A stretch of 64,000 nucleotides of DNA from NCBI GenBank assembly GCA_944324285.1, contig CALUVR010000003.1, positions 1 to 64,000 of the forward strand. Reading direction: 5' to 3'. The notes under the pieces are model-generated. The model was not told the DNA's origin and ran no database searches. It saw nothing but the letters and a program-made list of their open reading frames with translations. The first letter of the stretch is position 1; the number at the start of each line of letters is the position of its first letter. The position numbers and the translations under genes were made by a program. This stretch comes from Candidatus Gastranaerophilales bacterium (GTDB taxonomy: Bacteria > Cyanobacteriota > Vampirovibrionia > Gastranaerophilales > Gastranaerophilaceae). Shown piece after piece: positions 38,877-48,741 of the stretch.

Positions 38877-40271
38877 ATGACAAGCCATAAAATACAGTGG
38901 ACAATGTTTGTAATCACGGCTATCGGCAACTTTATCGCTATGCTGGATTCAACAACAGTAAATCTCGCGCTTTACCCTATGTCTGTAGATTTGCATGTTA
39001 CTATGAGTCAGATTCAGTGGGTAATGATTGCATACATGCTTGTGTTGACAGTATTTTTACCTTTTTTCGGAAAATTAGGCGATATTTTCCCTAAAAATAA
39101 ACTCTATACAGTTGGTTTTTTAATCTTTGCAGTTGGTGCTTTTTTTAGTATGGTATCCCCGACATTTGGATTTCTAATCGCCTCAAGATGTCTGGAAGCT
39201 CTCGGGGCATCTGTTATGCTCTCAAATGCACAGGCAATTATCGCGAGTATTTTTAAAAATGAGCGTCGTGGTAAAGCTTTAGGTTTGAACGGTTGTATCG
39301 TTGCAATAGGCGGCATGAGCGGTCCTGCAATAGGAGGCTTGCTGATAAACACTTTCGGTTGGCACTCGGTATTTTTCCCGTGTATTCCGGTTGCATTAAT
39401 CGGTGCATTCTATGCTTACAAAATGCTTCCGAATTACGTCAAAAAAAAGCAGTTTAAATTCGATTATAGAGGATTTATTTATTTTACAATAAGTTTATTT
39501 GCACTTCTTCTTGCGATATCTGAAGGCTACAAGTGGGGCTGGACCTCGTTTAAGATTATTACACTCGGTATTGTAACATTGATTTTTGGCGCATTATTTT
39601 ATATCCGCGATCATAAAATAAATTACCCGCTGATAAATTTTTCTATATTTCATATAAGACAGTTCACTTTCGGAAACTTAGCGGTCATGATGTCTTACAT
39701 GGCTATGTACACAAATAGCATTCTTTTGCCTTTTTATCTGCAGGAACTTTTAAAATTCAATGCATTAATATCTGGGCTTTTAATTTTGCCGTATTCAGTG
39801 ACTCTTTCCGTAACCGCTCCGATTTGCGGGAGATTATCGGGCAAATACGGAAGCAGGTATTTGACCCTTGCAGGTCCGGCTGTGTATATAATTGCGCTAT
39901 TGATTTTTACTACATTTGATAAATCTACTCCTATATGGGAAATGATTGCTGCATCAGGCATTATGGGGATAGGGAATGGTTTATTTCAATCTCCTTCAAA
40001 TAACGCCATTATGACAAGCGTTCAAAAAGAAGAACTAGGGATTGCATCTGGAATTCTTGCTTTATCAAGAAATATGGGTAACATTCTCGGGGTAGCAGTT
40101 ACAATTACCCTTTTTGAAACCTTCCGGGAACTTTTTTTACACCACGGACAAATTTATGATATAGCGTTTTTAAATTCTTTCCACACTACAATGTGCTTCG
40201 GAATATTCTTTGGCGTTGCCTGTCTTACATTTGCTTTTATAGCTTACAAACCGGTAAATATAAAGAAGTAA
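38877..40271 (+). CDS. MFS transporter, DHA2 (14-TMS drug:H+ antiporter, EmrB/QacA-like)
   Basis: About 14 hydrophobic segments. MFS motif GKLGDIFPKNKL. Confidence 0.8.
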   Translation: MTSHKIQWTMFVITAIGNFIAMLDSTTVNLALYPMSVDLHVTMSQIQWVMIAYMLVLTVFLPFFGKLGDIFPKNKLYTVGFLIFAVGAFFSMVSPTFGFLIASRCLEALGASVMLSNAQAIIASIFKNERRGKALGLNGCIVAIGGMSGPAIGGLLINTFGWHSVFFPCIPVALIGAFYAYKMLPNYVKKKQFKFDYRGFIYFTISLFALLLAISEGYKWGWTSFKIITLGIVTLIFGALFYIRDHKINYPLINFSIFHIRQFTFGNLAVMMSYMAMYTNSILLPFYLQELLKFNALISGLLILPYSVTLSVTAPICGRLSGKYGSRYLTLAGPAVYIIALLIFTTFDKSTPIWEMIAASGIMGIGNGLFQSPSNNAIMTSVQKEELGIASGILALSRNMGNILGVAVTITLFETFRELFLHHGQIYDIAFLNSFHTTMCFGIFFGVACLTFAFIAYKPVNIKK

Positions 40272-40428
40272 AAATTTTCTCTTTATCAGGTTGGTGCAGG
40301 ATTGAAATATGTAAAATGTTCATCTTTTCGCCTATCTGCACCCTCTCTCGTCAAATAAAAAAAGAGGCTGAAATTTTTCAACCTCCTACATACTATTTAT
40401 AATTACACACACTATTTAAGAAATATTT

Positions 40429-41283
40429 TTATGCTTCTTTAGTCTGGCTTTCTATAGCCGGAGCTTTGCCGAAAGCGCTCATCGCAAGCCCTGCCAATGC
40501 CCCAACTACCGCACCTGCAGCACCAAGGAAGCCAGGTTTGCTTTTTAATACTTTAGCCAGTGCAGGGATTGATGCAAGTCCGTATAATGAAGCCGCACCC
40601 ACTGTTGCACCGCCGATTGTGTTACCTGCTATCTTTTTAGTTGATTCCCATCGGCTTACAGGCTGTCCGTTTATTCTTGCAATGTTTTCTTCTGCGGTTA
40701 CTTTATCAGCAAACCCTAATGATAACGTCTGATATAATCCTTGCAGGAATGAGCTGTTTCCGTATTTTCTGATATCTTCAGTCAATGATGTATTATACAT
40801 CTGCCGGTAAAGCATATCCGCTCTTGCTATCAACTGTTCGGTGGTTACATTTGCATCCCCGCCCATTGCTGATTTGATACTCATTATATATTTATTTAAT
40901 GCTGGAATTATCTGCTGCTGTTCGTTTTGCATTATTTTTTCACGTAAAATTTCTGCCTGATGATGTATTTCTTCCATTGGAGAATTTGCAAGGAAATCTA
41001 CCTGACGAGCTTTCTGGTTGCGTCTGAGCTGGCTGTCGTACATAAAATCATTGTACATTTCCATATTATTAAAATACTGTTCATAATTCATTCCACCCCA
41101 GAAAGGCATATACTGGTTTGTCAAAGAACCTGAAAACAGACTTCCGTCCATTGATAATGCACCAGGGAATGCTCCTGTAAAACCAGGTAAAGTGTCCAGT
41201 CCTACACTGCTTGTATAACCACTATAGAATGGCATCATTGTCATGTTATATGGTGTTATTCCGCCAACAGTTTCGCCTGCCAT
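40429..41283 (-). CDS. hypothetical protein with Met/Tyr/Asn-rich N-terminal region and C-terminal glycine-zipper hydrophobic segment
   Basis: GAAGAVVGALAGLAMSAFG GxxxG zipper. Unusual composition in the N-terminal region (MTMMPFYSGYTSS...MNYEQYFNNMEMYNDFMYD). Confidence 0.5.
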   Translation of the reverse strand: MAGETVGGITPYNMTMMPFYSGYTSSVGLDTLPGFTGAFPGALSMDGSLFSGSLTNQYMPFWGGMNYEQYFNNMEMYNDFMYDSQLRRNQKARQVDFLANSPMEEIHHQAEILREKIMQNEQQQIIPALNKYIMSIKSAMGGDANVTTEQLIARADMLYRQMYNTSLTEDIRKYGNSSFLQGLYQTLSLGFADKVTAEENIARINGQPVSRWESTKKIAGNTIGGATVGAASLYGLASIPALAKVLKSKPGFLGAAGAVVGALAGLAMSAFGKAPAIESQTKEA

Positions 41284-41452
41284 TTCCTAACCTCCAAATT
41301 GAGTTTAACCTACCTTACTTATATAAAAACATTTACTCTTAATGAATTGACTTTATTACATAATAATTGTTACATTCGTTACAATTAATTTTTCTAAATA
41401 TACTTGCCAGAAACCTTTAAGCGAAGTAAAATGTAAGCGTGGAGAGTATTCC

Positions 41453-42520
41453 GTGAACAAAATAAGATTAAGAAAATTTATATCTTTTGTGCTTATAGTT
41501 GCTTTTATTGCTTCAATTTTTGTATTTCCAAAGTGGTACAAAAGGCAGATTAATAAAGTCCGCGGAATGTACTATGTATCAAAAGGCGATAAGGCTTTAA
41601 AAAAAGTTAAATTTCAAAAGGCTATCGACTACTACCTTTACGGTTTGAGGCTTTATCCGGAGCATTATGGTGCGTGGCTGAATTTAGGAAATATTTACGT
41701 TGCGTTTGAGGATTATTATTCTGCTGTCGATGCTTACCAGAATTCCATTAAATACAATCCTAATTATGTTATGGCAAGGATGAATTACGGGATTATTTCT
41801 GCCGAAAAGTTAGGAGATTTTGACGGAGCTATAAAGCAATATAAAGAAATTCTCGGTATCAGGAGAAAACTCGTTTATATTCCGTTTGTATTCAGCAACC
41901 TGCGAAGCTACAAAACCAATATGGGGCTTGCATATTATAATATGGGAGTTGCCTACAGACAAAAGTCAATTTATTCGGAAAACGATTACAATTATCAGCA
42001 ATACTATCTTAGAGAAGCAATTAAAGCTTATGAAGAAGCTGTTAAGATTTTGAAAAAGGATTACGATGCTCGATACAATCTGGCACTTGCCTACCACCTT
42101 AACGGTGAATATAATAGCGCAGGCTTGACATACTGTGATGCAATTGAGCTTGCACCAATGAATTACGAGGCACACTATAATCTTGCAATTCTTCTAAAAC
42201 ACTTAAAAAAATACAAAGCAGCCTATAACGAAATGGAAAAAGCCAACAGCTTGATATCATCAAAGGACGGACAATCAAACCGTCAGAGGTATGTATTTGA
42301 CGTAATGAACGATGTGACAAAACTTGTATTAATGGAAGAGGACGGGTCGCAGTGGCTCATGGAAAAATTCAATGAGGAAATGGATGCTCGTAATGAAGGA
42401 ATGACTTACGTAAACGGGAAACTCGTGGCATCGGAAGATTTAGACAAAGCAATGCTTGAAAATTTCAGAACTTGCACAGCAAGGGCGGAATTTCTTGATC
42501 CTGATGCAGAAGAGGATTAG
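41453..42520 (+). CDS. TPR repeat protein with N-terminal membrane anchor (GTG start)
   Basis: TM FISFVLIVAFIASIFVF, then multiple TPR units (AxxYxxxGxAY). Confidence 0.7.
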   Translation: MNKIRLRKFISFVLIVAFIASIFVFPKWYKRQINKVRGMYYVSKGDKALKKVKFQKAIDYYLYGLRLYPEHYGAWLNLGNIYVAFEDYYSAVDAYQNSIKYNPNYVMARMNYGIISAEKLGDFDGAIKQYKEILGIRRKLVYIPFVFSNLRSYKTNMGLAYYNMGVAYRQKSIYSENDYNYQQYYLREAIKAYEEAVKILKKDYDARYNLALAYHLNGEYNSAGLTYCDAIELAPMNYEAHYNLAILLKHLKKYKAAYNEMEKANSLISSKDGQSNRQRYVFDVMNDVTKLVLMEEDGSQWLMEKFNEEMDARNEGMTYVNGKLVASEDLDKAMLENFRTCTARAEFLDPDAEED

Positions 42521-42791
42521 TAACGACCTTTTTATCTCAAAATATTTTTATAATTTACAAGTTTTTATTCTTTCCCTCTCACTTCCAGATACTATCTTCC
42601 AAGTAAATTGAGAAGGTTATGGCTTTTTAGTAAAATCAGGCATAAAATTAAAAAAGAATACCTGCTCCAAGGAGTAGAAGCAGGTACTAACCAGTAAAAG
42701 AGACATCACTAACATTATTATTCACTTTTTTTATTAGTCAAATCTTTTTCTCGGATTTTGAAAAAATATTTTTTTAGTGTACAATTTTTTT

Positions 42792-43364
42792 ATGAAGAGA
42801 TTTGTGTATGTTTTAGTTTTATTGGTTTTTGTTGGAATGCCTGTTTTGGCTGAAGATTCACTCATTAATGACCAAGCTAATCTTCTTTATGCCGAAAATC
42901 GTATTGAGGAAGCTTTTAATCTTCTCCTTACTATCCCGCCGGAAACCCGTACCCCGATGAATTGGCTGCTTTTGGGTAATATCCTTCAGGATAAAGGCAG
43001 AATTGAGGATGCGGATTTTATGTTCTCTCAGGCAATTCTCAATGACCCGTATTTTTATAAGGCTATTTACAACCTCGGGAACCTTTACCTTGAGCAGGAT
43101 AAGCCTAATATGGCAATTGAACAGTATAAAAAAGTGCTGAAGCTTAAGCCGGATTTTGCATACGCATACTACAATATGGGCTGCGCTTATCTTAAATTAG
43201 GTAAGCTGAAAGACGCAAGGAGATCTTTTCTCTTTGCTATTGACTATAATTCAACGGTCGCGGATTTCCATTATAACCTTGCCTATACGTATAAAAAGCT
43301 TAATAAGGCTAAAGACGCGCAGATTTATCTGGATTATTATAATAAAATTATGGAAAATAATTAA
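42792..43364 (+). CDS. TPR repeat protein with signal peptide
   Basis: MKRFVYVLVLLVFVGMPVLA signal, then TPR units. The track ORF starts at an upstream GTG at 42777. Confidence 0.7.
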   Translation: MKRFVYVLVLLVFVGMPVLAEDSLINDQANLLYAENRIEEAFNLLLTIPPETRTPMNWLLLGNILQDKGRIEDADFMFSQAILNDPYFYKAIYNLGNLYLEQDKPNMAIEQYKKVLKLKPDFAYAYYNMGCAYLKLGKLKDARRSFLFAIDYNSTVADFHYNLAYTYKKLNKAKDAQIYLDYYNKIMENN

Positions 43365-43376
43365 AAAGAGGTCATC

Positions 43377-44066
43377 ATGCAGTATAAAGGGATAATTTTC
43401 GATTTTAACGGTACTTTATTTTGGGATTCCGCAAAGCACCTTGAAGCGTGGCGTGAATTTTCAAAACGAGTTCGTCCGTATCCTTTTACTGATGATGAGA
43501 TGAGGAAATATATGTTTGGCAGGACTAATGAAGATATTCTCGCTTATCTTTTAGGGAAACGCCCTGCCAAAGACCTTGTCATAAGGCTCGGGAAAGAAAA
43601 AGAAGCTGTTTACAGACAAATGTGCCGCGAAGATTCTGTGAATACTCATCTTGCACCTTTTGCGGAAAAGTTTTTGGATTATTTAAAAGGGAATAATATT
43701 CCTATGACAATCGCAACTATGTCAGATAAAGATAATGTAGATTTTTATATTGAAGAATTTAATCTGCCAAAATGGTTTGATATTAATAAAATCGTCTACG
43801 ATGACGGAAAAATTAAAGGAAAACCCGCTCCGGATATTTATTTAAAAGCTGCAGCAAATCTTGACCTTGCACCGGAAGATTGTGTGGTGATTGAAGATGC
43901 TCTGTCAGGTATTGATGCCGCTCATAATGCAAAAATCGGAAAAATTATTGCTATAGCTTCTCTGGAACCTGTTTCTTATTATGAAAATATTCCTGCTGTT
44001 TCTGAAGTTATAACTGATTTTTCCGATTTTGAAAAGATTATGAGTAGAGAACCTCTTACGGTTTAA
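43377..44066 (+). CDS. HAD-superfamily hydrolase (subfamily IA-like)
   Basis: IIFDFNGTLF motif I. Later ...GxDA and IEDALSGIDAA motifs. Confidence 0.75.
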   Translation: MQYKGIIFDFNGTLFWDSAKHLEAWREFSKRVRPYPFTDDEMRKYMFGRTNEDILAYLLGKRPAKDLVIRLGKEKEAVYRQMCREDSVNTHLAPFAEKFLDYLKGNNIPMTIATMSDKDNVDFYIEEFNLPKWFDINKIVYDDGKIKGKPAPDIYLKAAANLDLAPEDCVVIEDALSGIDAAHNAKIGKIIAIASLEPVSYYENIPAVSEVITDFSDFEKIMSREPLTV

Positions 44067-45220
44067 CATTCTATAATGATATCGTACGCCGTATCTGCTG
44101 TTATTGCGCCCTTTTCGCCAAGTGCAACATTTCTTTTTGTAAACCGTTCTTTTATTTTTTGAGCCGCTTCCTGCGGGTCTATTTCGTAGTCCGCAAGCCG
44201 TGTTTTCATTCCTATTGAATTGAAAAATTCTTCAATTTTTTCTATAGCAATATCCGCAGCTTTCAAGTCAACCTGTTCATCAACACCAAAGACTTCACGG
44301 GCAAGTTTTGCGAGTTTTCTTGCTTTTGAAACTTTCTGGTTTTTCAAAAGCCGAGGCATTACAATCGCAAGACTCTGACCGTGGTCAATTCCGTAGAATG
44401 CAGTGAGTTCGTGCCCTATCATGTGGGTTGACCAGTCCTGAACAATACCTAATGCTATCCAGTAGTTTAAACCGCAGGTTGCGCACCAGAATATGTTTGC
44501 GCGTGTTTCATAATCCGTCGGATTTGCAAGAACTTTCGGTGCTTCTTCTATAAGTGTTTTTAATATGGTAAGTGCCCAGCCGTCCTGTAATGGTGAATTT
44601 ACTTCATAAGTGCAGTATTGTTCCATTACATGAACAAAGGTATCGACAATTCCGTTTACAGTCTGTCTTACAGGAAGGCTGAATGTAACTTCCGGATCAA
44701 TAATTGAAAATTTTGGATATACAAGGTCACTGTGAAACGGTAATTTTTCATCAGTGGCAAGTCTTGATATAACTCCGCCGTTATTCATTTCTGAACCGGT
44801 TGCCGGCAGTGTGATTACATCTCCCAGAGGAAGTGCATCATTTACAGTTTCACCTCTTACCATTATTGCCTCATAGGCATCATCACCATTATATTTTGCT
44901 GCAAGTGAAATAAACTTTGTTGCGTCAAGTGTTGAGCCGCCTCCTACGGCAAGAAGAAATTCCACACCTTCCCTTTTTATTAATTCTATAGCCTTTTGAC
45001 AGGTTTCATATTTAGGGTTTGGTTCAATCCCGCCGAATTCAATCAGATTATACCCTTCTAATGCTTTTTTAACCTGGTCGTAAACACCGTTCTTTTTTAT
45101 TGAGCCGCCGCCGTATATCATTAAGATTTTTTTGCTTCTGTCAATTAATTCAGGTAGTTTTGCAATTGTACCTTTGCCGAATACAACATGCGTCGGACAA
45201 CAATATTCAAAATTATTCAT
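44063..45220 (-). CDS. iron-containing (group III) alcohol dehydrogenase
   Basis: GGGS(T/V)LD NAD motif. His-rich metal site (HxxxH). Confidence 0.85.
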   Translation of the reverse strand: MNNFEYCCPTHVVFGKGTIAKLPELIDRSKKILMIYGGGSIKKNGVYDQVKKALEGYNLIEFGGIEPNPKYETCQKAIELIKREGVEFLLAVGGGSTLDATKFISLAAKYNGDDAYEAIMVRGETVNDALPLGDVITLPATGSEMNNGGVISRLATDEKLPFHSDLVYPKFSIIDPEVTFSLPVRQTVNGIVDTFVHVMEQYCTYEVNSPLQDGWALTILKTLIEEAPKVLANPTDYETRANIFWCATCGLNYWIALGIVQDWSTHMIGHELTAFYGIDHGQSLAIVMPRLLKNQKVSKARKLAKLAREVFGVDEQVDLKAADIAIEKIEEFFNSIGMKTRLADYEIDPQEAAQKIKERFTKRNVALGEKGAITADTAYDIIIEC

Positions 45221-45309
45221 ACTAGCCCTCCTTATTTTTTCTTTATTATATCAGAAATTTTAAATTATAGTTCATAAAATTTGAAACTTGATAAAATTTT
45301 GAATATAAT

Positions 45310-45885
45310 TTGATTATGAGTACATGTCAAAGAAATAAAGGCAGTTTAATAAATGATTTTCCGTCGGATTATACTGTTGTGGATATTGAAACAACAGGAC
45401 TTTCACCTCACAAATGCGAAATTATTGAAATTTCTGCGCTGAAAGTGAGGGGTGACAAAATTGTCGATACTTTTTCATCTCTTATTAAGCCGTCAAGACC
45501 CGTAAGTTCCTTTATCACAAATTTAACAGGTATAACTAATGATATGGTGAATGCCGCTCCTGATATAAAATCCGTTCTTCCTGAGTTTTTAACATTCGCT
45601 GGGAAGGATTTTATTCTTGGGCATAATGTTAATTTCGATATAAATTTTATTTATGATAATTTGAAAAAATATTTCATGAAAGATTTTACGAATAATTTTA
45701 TTGATACAATGCATCTTTCCAGAAAATATTGTGACTTAAGACGTCATAACCTGAAATCTCTTGCAGAACATTACAATATTTCGCTAGATGGTCATCACAG
45801 AGCGCTTAATGACTGTAATATTACTTTTAATGTTTATCAAAACATCAAAAAAGATGCTGCATCAAGGCTTAATATTGGGGAATAA
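45310..45885 (+). CDS. 3'-5' exonuclease, DnaQ/DEDDh family
   Basis: Exo I VVDIETTGL, exo II FILGHNVNFD, exo III HRALND. Confidence 0.8.
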   Translation: MIMSTCQRNKGSLINDFPSDYTVVDIETTGLSPHKCEIIEISALKVRGDKIVDTFSSLIKPSRPVSSFITNLTGITNDMVNAAPDIKSVLPEFLTFAGKDFILGHNVNFDINFIYDNLKKYFMKDFTNNFIDTMHLSRKYCDLRRHNLKSLAEHYNISLDGHHRALNDCNITFNVYQNIKKDAASRLNIGE

Positions 45886-45890
45886 TATAC

Positions 45891-46003
45891 AAGTTTCCAC
45901 TAAATGCGTAATGCTATCATGCTGAACTTGTTTAACAAAGCGAACCAGAAATTTTGTCATCCTGAATTTATTTCAGGGGTGACAATTTTAGCCATTTTTA
46001 GTG
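45891..46003. repeat. nested inverted-repeat structure between convergent genes (probable bidirectional terminator / structured element)
   Basis: Outer IR TTCCACTAAA...TTTAGTGGAA, about 100 nt apart. Inner hairpin TGTCATCCTGAA-ATTTA-TTTCAGGGGTGACA. Confidence 0.5.
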
Positions 46004-46053
46004 GAATTTGCTATATAAGTCTTGCGAACGCGAAAGTGTTGAGTTGCTGTTAT

Positions 46054-47883
46054 TTATAAAGTTGCCGCAGTTTCCTGTTTTTTAAACTGCATTTCATAAA
46101 GAGCTTTATATTGACCGTTTTCAACAGCCATAAGTTCTTCGTGATTTCCGAGTTCAACGAGTTCCCCTTCGTTGATAACAGCAATTCTGTCGGCATTTTT
46201 TATTGTGGAAAGTCTGTGCGCAATTACAAAGACAGTTTTATTCCGGATTAAATTATCCAGAGCTTTTTGGACTATTGCTTCGGATTTGTTATCAAGTGCG
46301 GAGGTTGCCTCATCAAGAATAACAATAGGTGTATTTTTAATCATTGCACGTGCTATAGCTACCCTCTGTCTTTGACCGCCAGATAGGGTCAAGCCGCGTT
46401 CCCCGAGTAAAGTATCTAATCCGTCAGGCAGATCCGCTATCATCTCCTGCAGGTGAGCCGCTTCTATTGCCTGTTCAAGTTCTTCTTCCGTTGCGTTCGG
46501 GTTACCCATCAGAATATTTTCTCTGATTGTTCCTGAAAATAAGAAATTATCCTGAAATACCATCGCGATATTGTGTCTTAGTGAACTTATTGTGTAATCT
46601 CTGATATCAGTCCCATCAATTCTAATTGAGCCGGATTTAATATCATAAAATCTTGGGATAAGGTTTACCAGTGTGGATTTGCCGCCGCCGGAATTTCCTA
46701 CGATTGCAAGGGTTTCGTTTTTGTTTACTGTTAAACTTAAATTTTTTAATACCGGCTGGTGAGGAATATATTCAAACCATACATTCTGCAATTCTATCTT
46801 ATCTTTCAAATCTGTTAATTCTACCGCATCTTTTTTGTTCTGAATAGATGGCTGTAAATCAAATAGTTCAAAAACCCTGCCCATTGCAACAAAAATATTT
46901 TGAATGTTAGTTAAAGTCCCGCCGAGAGTTTTTACAGGTTTATACAGAAGTAAAAGCGAGGTTACAAATGAGGCAAAACTTCCTGCAGTCATGTGACCTG
47001 ATGTGATAAGATGGGTTCCGTAGCCGAGGACAATTGCAATCCCGCAGGAGGCAATTAAATACATCAATGGGGACATCCATGCAGCGCGTTTTGTCAGGGA
47101 CATATTTACATTAAAAGATTCCCATATCTGATCTTTGAAATATTTTTCCTGTCTTTCTTGCAGTTCGTATGCAGCCATAACTTTATTACCGTTATAGGTT
47201 TCGTTAATATTTGTTGTGATATTTCCGCCTATAACCACATTTTTATTTGAAGCTGACTTAATGCGTTTTCTTATTAATGCAACCGGAATAAAGGCTACAC
47301 AGAGTACAAGCACGCCGATAAAAGCTAATTCCCAGGAACTGTAAAGCATTACTCCAATCAGCCCCAAAGCTCCGAAAAGACTTGTTGTAATTGTCTTTAA
47401 TTGATCGACAATCCCAGCAGATGCGGTCTGGGGGTCTGACATGTAACGAGATATTATAATCCCTGATGAATTTTCGTCATAGAATTGCGGATCCATATAA
47501 ATCAGTTTGTGAAAGAGTGTCATCTTCACATCATTGGTTATTCTTTGGGAAGTCCAAGCCGAAATATAATCGTTAAGATAACGTAAAACTCCCTGAAAAC
47601 CCGCAAATGCCACTACTCCAAACGGAATAATAAAAGCAAAAGTTTCCCAGGTTAGCGTGAATTCATGACCAAACAGGTGAAAAATCCAGTCTTGTTTACC
47701 TACAACATAATCCATGAACGGCTTCAGTGCAAATGCTGTCACGCCGTCTAATAGCCCTAGAGGAATTGCAATTACAAATCCGCAGATTATTCTGAACATA
47801 TATGGCTTTATATATGGCCAGATTCTTGATAAAAGCCAGCCGTATTTAAAAGAATTTTTCGCAGTCGTTGCAGTAAGCTTCAT
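46054..47883 (-). CDS. ABC transporter permease/ATPase fusion (MsbA-like exporter)
   Basis: Six N-terminal TM segments. Walker A GNSGGGKST, signature LSGGQRQR, Walker B ILDEATSALD. Confidence 0.85.
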   Translation of the reverse strand: MKLTATTAKNSFKYGWLLSRIWPYIKPYMFRIICGFVIAIPLGLLDGVTAFALKPFMDYVVGKQDWIFHLFGHEFTLTWETFAFIIPFGVVAFAGFQGVLRYLNDYISAWTSQRITNDVKMTLFHKLIYMDPQFYDENSSGIIISRYMSDPQTASAGIVDQLKTITTSLFGALGLIGVMLYSSWELAFIGVLVLCVAFIPVALIRKRIKSASNKNVVIGGNITTNINETYNGNKVMAAYELQERQEKYFKDQIWESFNVNMSLTKRAAWMSPLMYLIASCGIAIVLGYGTHLITSGHMTAGSFASFVTSLLLLYKPVKTLGGTLTNIQNIFVAMGRVFELFDLQPSIQNKKDAVELTDLKDKIELQNVWFEYIPHQPVLKNLSLTVNKNETLAIVGNSGGGKSTLVNLIPRFYDIKSGSIRIDGTDIRDYTISSLRHNIAMVFQDNFLFSGTIRENILMGNPNATEEELEQAIEAAHLQEMIADLPDGLDTLLGERGLTLSGGQRQRVAIARAMIKNTPIVILDEATSALDNKSEAIVQKALDNLIRNKTVFVIAHRLSTIKNADRIAVINEGELVELGNHEELMAVENGQYKALYEMQFKKQETAATL

Positions 47884-48126
47884 ATTTACCTCATCTTCTT
47901 TTGGTCAAATGTATTCCTGAAATTTTTTTTATCATAATTATATTATAGTATAAATTTAGTAATTATAAGCAGCTCTTTGCCTCTTTTCTCTAATAATTGG
48001 TGTTATTGAATTTCCCTCATAGTCCCTCTATTGATTATCTGATATATGATATTAACTATTTATCCGGTAATATAACTTTTGCCAGCAATCATTATTAAAA
48101 AAGCCTCCGAAGAGGCAATTTAAAAA

Positions 48127-48203
48127 TGGGGCGGATAGTGGGACTCGAACCCACGCATATCGGAACCACAATCCGAGGTCTTAACCGCTTGACGATATCC
48201 GCC
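48127..48203 (-). tRNA. tRNA-His (anticodon GTG) with G-1 and encoded CCA
   Basis: Reverse complement: G-1, then GCGGATA/TATCCGC acceptor, anticodon loop TTGTGGT, T-arm GTGGG-TTCGAGT-CCCAC, discriminator C, CCA. Confidence 0.85.
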
Positions 48204-48243
48204 ATACGTTACTTATTTATATTATCATGTAAATTTTTTTTGT

Positions 48244-48675
48244 CTAGAACCTTTTCTTTTTTTCGTATTCTATTGTACCTGCACTTTTTGTGAATAACGG
48301 TATCAGCTCGTCTATTGTTTTCTGGGCGGACTCTTTATCTACAAAATCATCAAATATAACTTCATTCCGTCCGATTCTAGCTTTATAATATACCGTAAAT
48401 CGCTCTACTTCGTTGTCGGATAGTGTTGGGTCGATATTACTTTTTTTGACTGCATTTGATACCGTTTTTGTGTAAGAGCCTATTCCAAACCCGATTATAT
48501 TTGAGGGGTGAAATTCTTTGACAACTTTTGCATGCTTAAAAATGTTAACGTTATTTACTGTGCACCGGTTATCTATGAAGTCACATTTTAGCGTCGTTTT
48601 TACAGTAATCTTAAACATAAGAAATAGTAGTATACAAAAAATAAGTATATATGGTGAAGATTTATTCATTACCAA
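48244..48675 (-). CDS. hypothetical small membrane/secreted protein
   Basis: N-terminal hydrophobic segment ILIFCILLFLMF. No motif. Confidence 0.5.
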   Translation of the reverse strand: MVMNKSSPYILIFCILLFLMFKITVKTTLKCDFIDNRCTVNNVNIFKHAKVVKEFHPSNIIGFGIGSYTKTVSNAVKKSNIDPTLSDNEVERFTVYYKARIGRNEVIFDDFVDKESAQKTIDELIPLFTKSAGTIEYEKKKRF

Positions 48676-48684
48676 CCTTTCTTA

Positions 48685-48726
48685 AAAAAATACGGAACAC
48701 TTTTGTGGGGCGTTCCGTATTTTTTA
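48685..48726. terminator. hairpin terminator downstream of the response-regulator gene
   Basis: ATACGGAAC...GTTCCGTAT stem flanked by A- and T-runs. Confidence 0.6.
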
Positions 48727-48741
48727 TTTCTTTTAGTTTTA

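Noticed and set aside
42640-42680. Hairpin TACCTGCT-(13 nt)-AGCAGGTA between the two TPR genes as an sRNA or terminator
   Set aside because: An 8-bp stem without a following U-run, of unclear function. It could simply terminate the upstream TPR gene weakly.
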